A program made the translations under genes and the position numbers. DNA of 64,000 nt, taken from Candidatus Uhrbacteria bacterium. GTDB lineage: Bacteria > Patescibacteriota > Patescibacteriia > JACRJV01. Below, in pieces: positions 61,765 through 64,000 of this stretch; position 1 is the first letter of the stretch; the number at the start of each line of letters is the position of its first letter. Location: contig JACRJV010000027.1 in the NCBI GenBank assembly GCA_016215325.1, positions 16,090-80,089 on the forward strand, written 5' to 3'. The notes under the pieces were generated by a model. It saw nothing but the letters and a program-made list of their open reading frames with translations. It was not told the origin of the DNA and ran no database searches.

Positions 61765-64000
61765 AATATCCAAATTCTTGACGGTCTTGGCATGCACTTG
61801 GATAAAGTGTTTTCTGGGGGCCACTTCGGCGCCCATTAAGATGTCGAACATTTCGTCCGCTTTCTCGGCATCTTCTACCGTAACAGAGCGCATCATGCGG
61901 TGTTCGGGGTCCATGGTCGTGGTCCAGAGTTGTTCGGGGTTCATTTCCCCCAACCCTTTATATCGTTGGATCGTGATACCCCCAACGGTGGTGGTGGCGC
62001 CTTCCTCCGATCCCCCAGATTCAATTGTTTTTTCTTGTGGCGGTTGGGCTTTCTGCTTGATTGCGGTCTGGAGCTCTTGGAGTAATTTCAATTTTTCTTC
62101 TTCCGAATACGCGTATCGGATCTCTTTGCCGCGAGCGAGGCGATAGAGCGGGGGATGAGCAATGTAGAGGTATCCATCCGTAATGATTTTAGCAAAATGT
62201 CGCCAGAACAAGGTGAGTAACAATGTCCGAATGTGCGCGCCATCCACATCGGCATCGGTCATGATGATAATGCGGTGGTACCGCAGTTGTGTGATATCAA
62301 ATTGCTCTCCGAAGTTGGTGCCCATGGCAATGATAAGATTTTTAATTTCGTTATTGGCAAGAATCTTATCGATGCGCGCGCGCTCCACATTGAGAATTTT
62401 CCCCCGCAGAGGCAGCACCGCTTGGAAGTAGCGATTGCGCCCTTGCTTGGCACTGTTGTGCACAAAGATTCCGCTTGCAAGAGCAAAGTTGTGGGTGTTG
62501 GGCACCTCAAAATCGTACACATCCATCCGTTGCTGAATTTTTTGGACACGGGCAATTTTATGGTTATAGTTTGCAACGGCTGTCTGGGCGGCATGTGTAT
62601 TGCCATTAAAATACCTCTTTACAAAGGTGTCGAATCGTAGCAGTGTTTTGTCGTTGGTGGTTTTTCGAATCGTGTTATAGGCTGAGACATCAAGGTCGCG
62701 ATGTTTATCGAATACGACTTTCAACTGGGCGATCGTTTTTTTGAAATATGTTGTATTGTAAGCATTTTTGCGTTTCATGCGTTCACGCATCATTTTTTTA
62801 AATTCCGGTGTCTGTTTTACTAAACGAGACTTCTCTTTAACGTCCTCGCGGTGCAATGTTTTTGAAACATGATCACGATGCCATTGCAGATGTGCTTCTT
62901 TCGAGAGGCGCACGAGATTGGTAGGATTATTATTTGATTTATCAAAATCTTTATGGTGCCGATGTTCTCCGTCCTGGATTGCGTAAACGTCGTGTTGAAT
63001 ATTCCATTCGTCTGCCCGCATGTGAGTAAAGACCCATCGGTGTTCTTGGGGGTCAAAGAGTAATTCGTAATCTTTAATCGTAATACGTTTTCCGAGTCGT
63101 GATTTTTGTCGTCGCAGCGGCATGAGGGAATCGTAGGGGGTTAAATTTTTAGCCACGATATAGCTCCCATCACGAGTCATAAAACGGTGGTCCGGAGTAC
63201 AGGTGATTTCCTCGCCTGTATCAAGAATGATTTTGATCACCTCCGCTTGTTTTTTCGTCACGCGGGGGTTGCGGATCTCCTCGATGCCAATGGTCCCATC
63301 ATTGCGGACGGTATAGCAAAAGTTTTTCATCCCTTGTTTATCTTCGGCAATGAGTTGGCGGAAGTCCACGGATCGCCCATCGGCCAGTGCAATCTTGGTA
63401 TCACCGGAAAAACATCCACCGGCGCTGTCTCCCTCCACAATGTAGAGTTCGCTTTGCGCTGGGTCTTTGCTGGAGCAATCCGCGAGTTTACCGGGCAACG
63501 TCAGTCCATCGAGCACGCCTTTGCGCAAGACTGTTTCGCGGGCCGCTTTGGCTGCAAGACGGGCTCGGGACGTGAGCAGACACTTCTCTATAATGGCTTC
63601 GGCCGCCTTGGGCTGTTCTTCTAAAAACATCGCGAGCGCTTCTCCAAAGACGGTTTCGACAGCAGTGCGCACCTCGGGGTTGCCCAGCTTGGATTTGGTT
63701 TGCCCTTCAAATTGGGGGTTGGAGAGTTTAACACTGATGACGGCGGTCAAGCCTTCGCGCACATCATCACCCGTTAAATTTTCATCCTTTTCTTTGAGGT
63801 ACCCTTTGCCGCGGGCATAGGAGTTGAGGCTCCGGGTGAGCGCGGTGCGGAACCCCACTACATGACTCCCGCCTTCGGGGTTGTAAATGTTATTGGCAAA
63901 TGCCAAAATATGCTCTTTATATTCATCGGTGTATTGTAATGCGACTTCGACATGCGCTTCCGGAGCTTGTTTTGAAACATAGAACGGCGTCGGCTGCTGC
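61762..64000 (-). CDS. gyrB: DNA gyrase subunit B (5'-truncated at the window edge) containing an intein
   Basis: TOPRIM motifs EGDSAGG / SAKQGR split by the intein; PLRGKILNVE; C-terminal QRYKGLGEMNPEQLW; the frame stays open to the window end. Confidence 0.9.
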   Translation of the reverse strand, partial: QQPTPFYVSKQAPEAHVEVALQYTDEYKEHILAFANNIYNPEGGSHVVGFRTALTRSLNSYARGKGYLKEKDENLTGDDVREGLTAVISVKLSNPQFEGQTKSKLGNPEVRTAVETVFGEALAMFLEEQPKAAEAIIEKCLLTSRARLAAKAARETVLRKGVLDGLTLPGKLADCSSKDPAQSELYIVEGDSAGGCFSGDTKIALADGRSVDFRQLIAEDKQGMKNFCYTVRNDGTIGIEEIRNPRVTKKQAEVIKIILDTGEEITCTPDHRFMTRDGSYIVAKNLTPYDSLMPLRRQKSRLGKRITIKDYELLFDPQEHRWVFTHMRADEWNIQHDVYAIQDGEHRHHKDFDKSNNNPTNLVRLSKEAHLQWHRDHVSKTLHREDVKEKSRLVKQTPEFKKMMRERMKRKNAYNTTYFKKTIAQLKVVFDKHRDLDVSAYNTIRKTTNDKTLLRFDTFVKRYFNGNTHAAQTAVANYNHKIARVQKIQQRMDVYDFEVPNTHNFALASGIFVHNSAKQGRNRYFQAVLPLRGKILNVERARIDKILANNEIKNLIIAMGTNFGEQFDITQLRYHRIIIMTDADVDGAHIRTLLLTLFWRHFAKIITDGYLYIAHPPLYRLARGKEIRYAYSEEEKLKLLQELQTAIKQKAQPPQEKTIESGGSEEGATTTVGGITIQRYKGLGEMNPEQLWTTTMDPEHRMMRSVTVEDAEKADEMFDILMGAEVAPRKHFIQVHAKTVKNLDI
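62455..63414 (-). mobile_element. GyrB intein (320 aa) with an HNH homing-endonuclease domain
   Basis: Starts with Cys right after GDSAGG and ends with VHN followed by Ser (SAKQGR); internal HNH motif HHKDFDKSNNNPTNLVRLSKEAHLQWH. Confidence 0.85.

Noticed and set aside
1-64000. A CRISPR array
   Set aside because: No regularly spaced direct repeats of 25-40 nt with unique spacers; all tandem repeats found are 7-14 nt units or AT-rich spacer words.

Overview
This window is a gene-dense bacterial chromosomal segment of about 50% GC whose core genes mostly lack Shine-Dalgarno (SD) sequences. Coordinates of non-coding elements are approximate (plus or minus 2 nt). Recognisable housekeeping genes: glyA (5' partial), an Elp3-like radical-SAM/GNAT protein, a phosphohexomutase, murI, uppP, trpS, a dksA/traR-like gene, lspA, comM, an M23/LysM peptidase, leuS, prfA, rpmE, tRNA-Pro(GGG), rpmB, an M50 protease, rpsL, rpsG, fusA, xseA, xseB, dnaE, thrS, an MFS transporter, a TrmB-like regulator, CapA, an MgtE-N/CBS protein next to an NRAMP transporter, yqeY, gatB, a dTTP-synthesis cluster (tmk, tandem thyX, dut, dcd), rplA, rplK, nusG, secE, and a 5'-truncated gyrB interrupted by an HNH intein. 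Unusual content: (1) three GC-rich segments (60-65% GC: about 20.4-23.0 kb, 26.1-29.8 kb and 44.1-46.6 kb) whose small hypothetical genes mostly carry strong AGGAGG SD sites; they are bounded by hairpin repeats, and one contains two tandem tRNA-like sequences; (2) LeuS carries an inserted RBBP9/YdeN-type serine-hydrolase domain of about 190 aa inside its zinc-knuckle region; (3) two paralogous GAF-ANTAR regulators with an identical 19-nt leader motif bracket a 965-aa secreted multi-repeat protein; (4) several families of short palindromic or AT-rich repeat elements fill intergenic spacers and are inserted in-frame inside a FemAB-like gene and inside elp3; (5) heptanucleotide tandem repeats sit directly upstream of rplA, rplK, dut and nusG and inside two CDS. 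No CRISPR array, rRNA or transposase was found.
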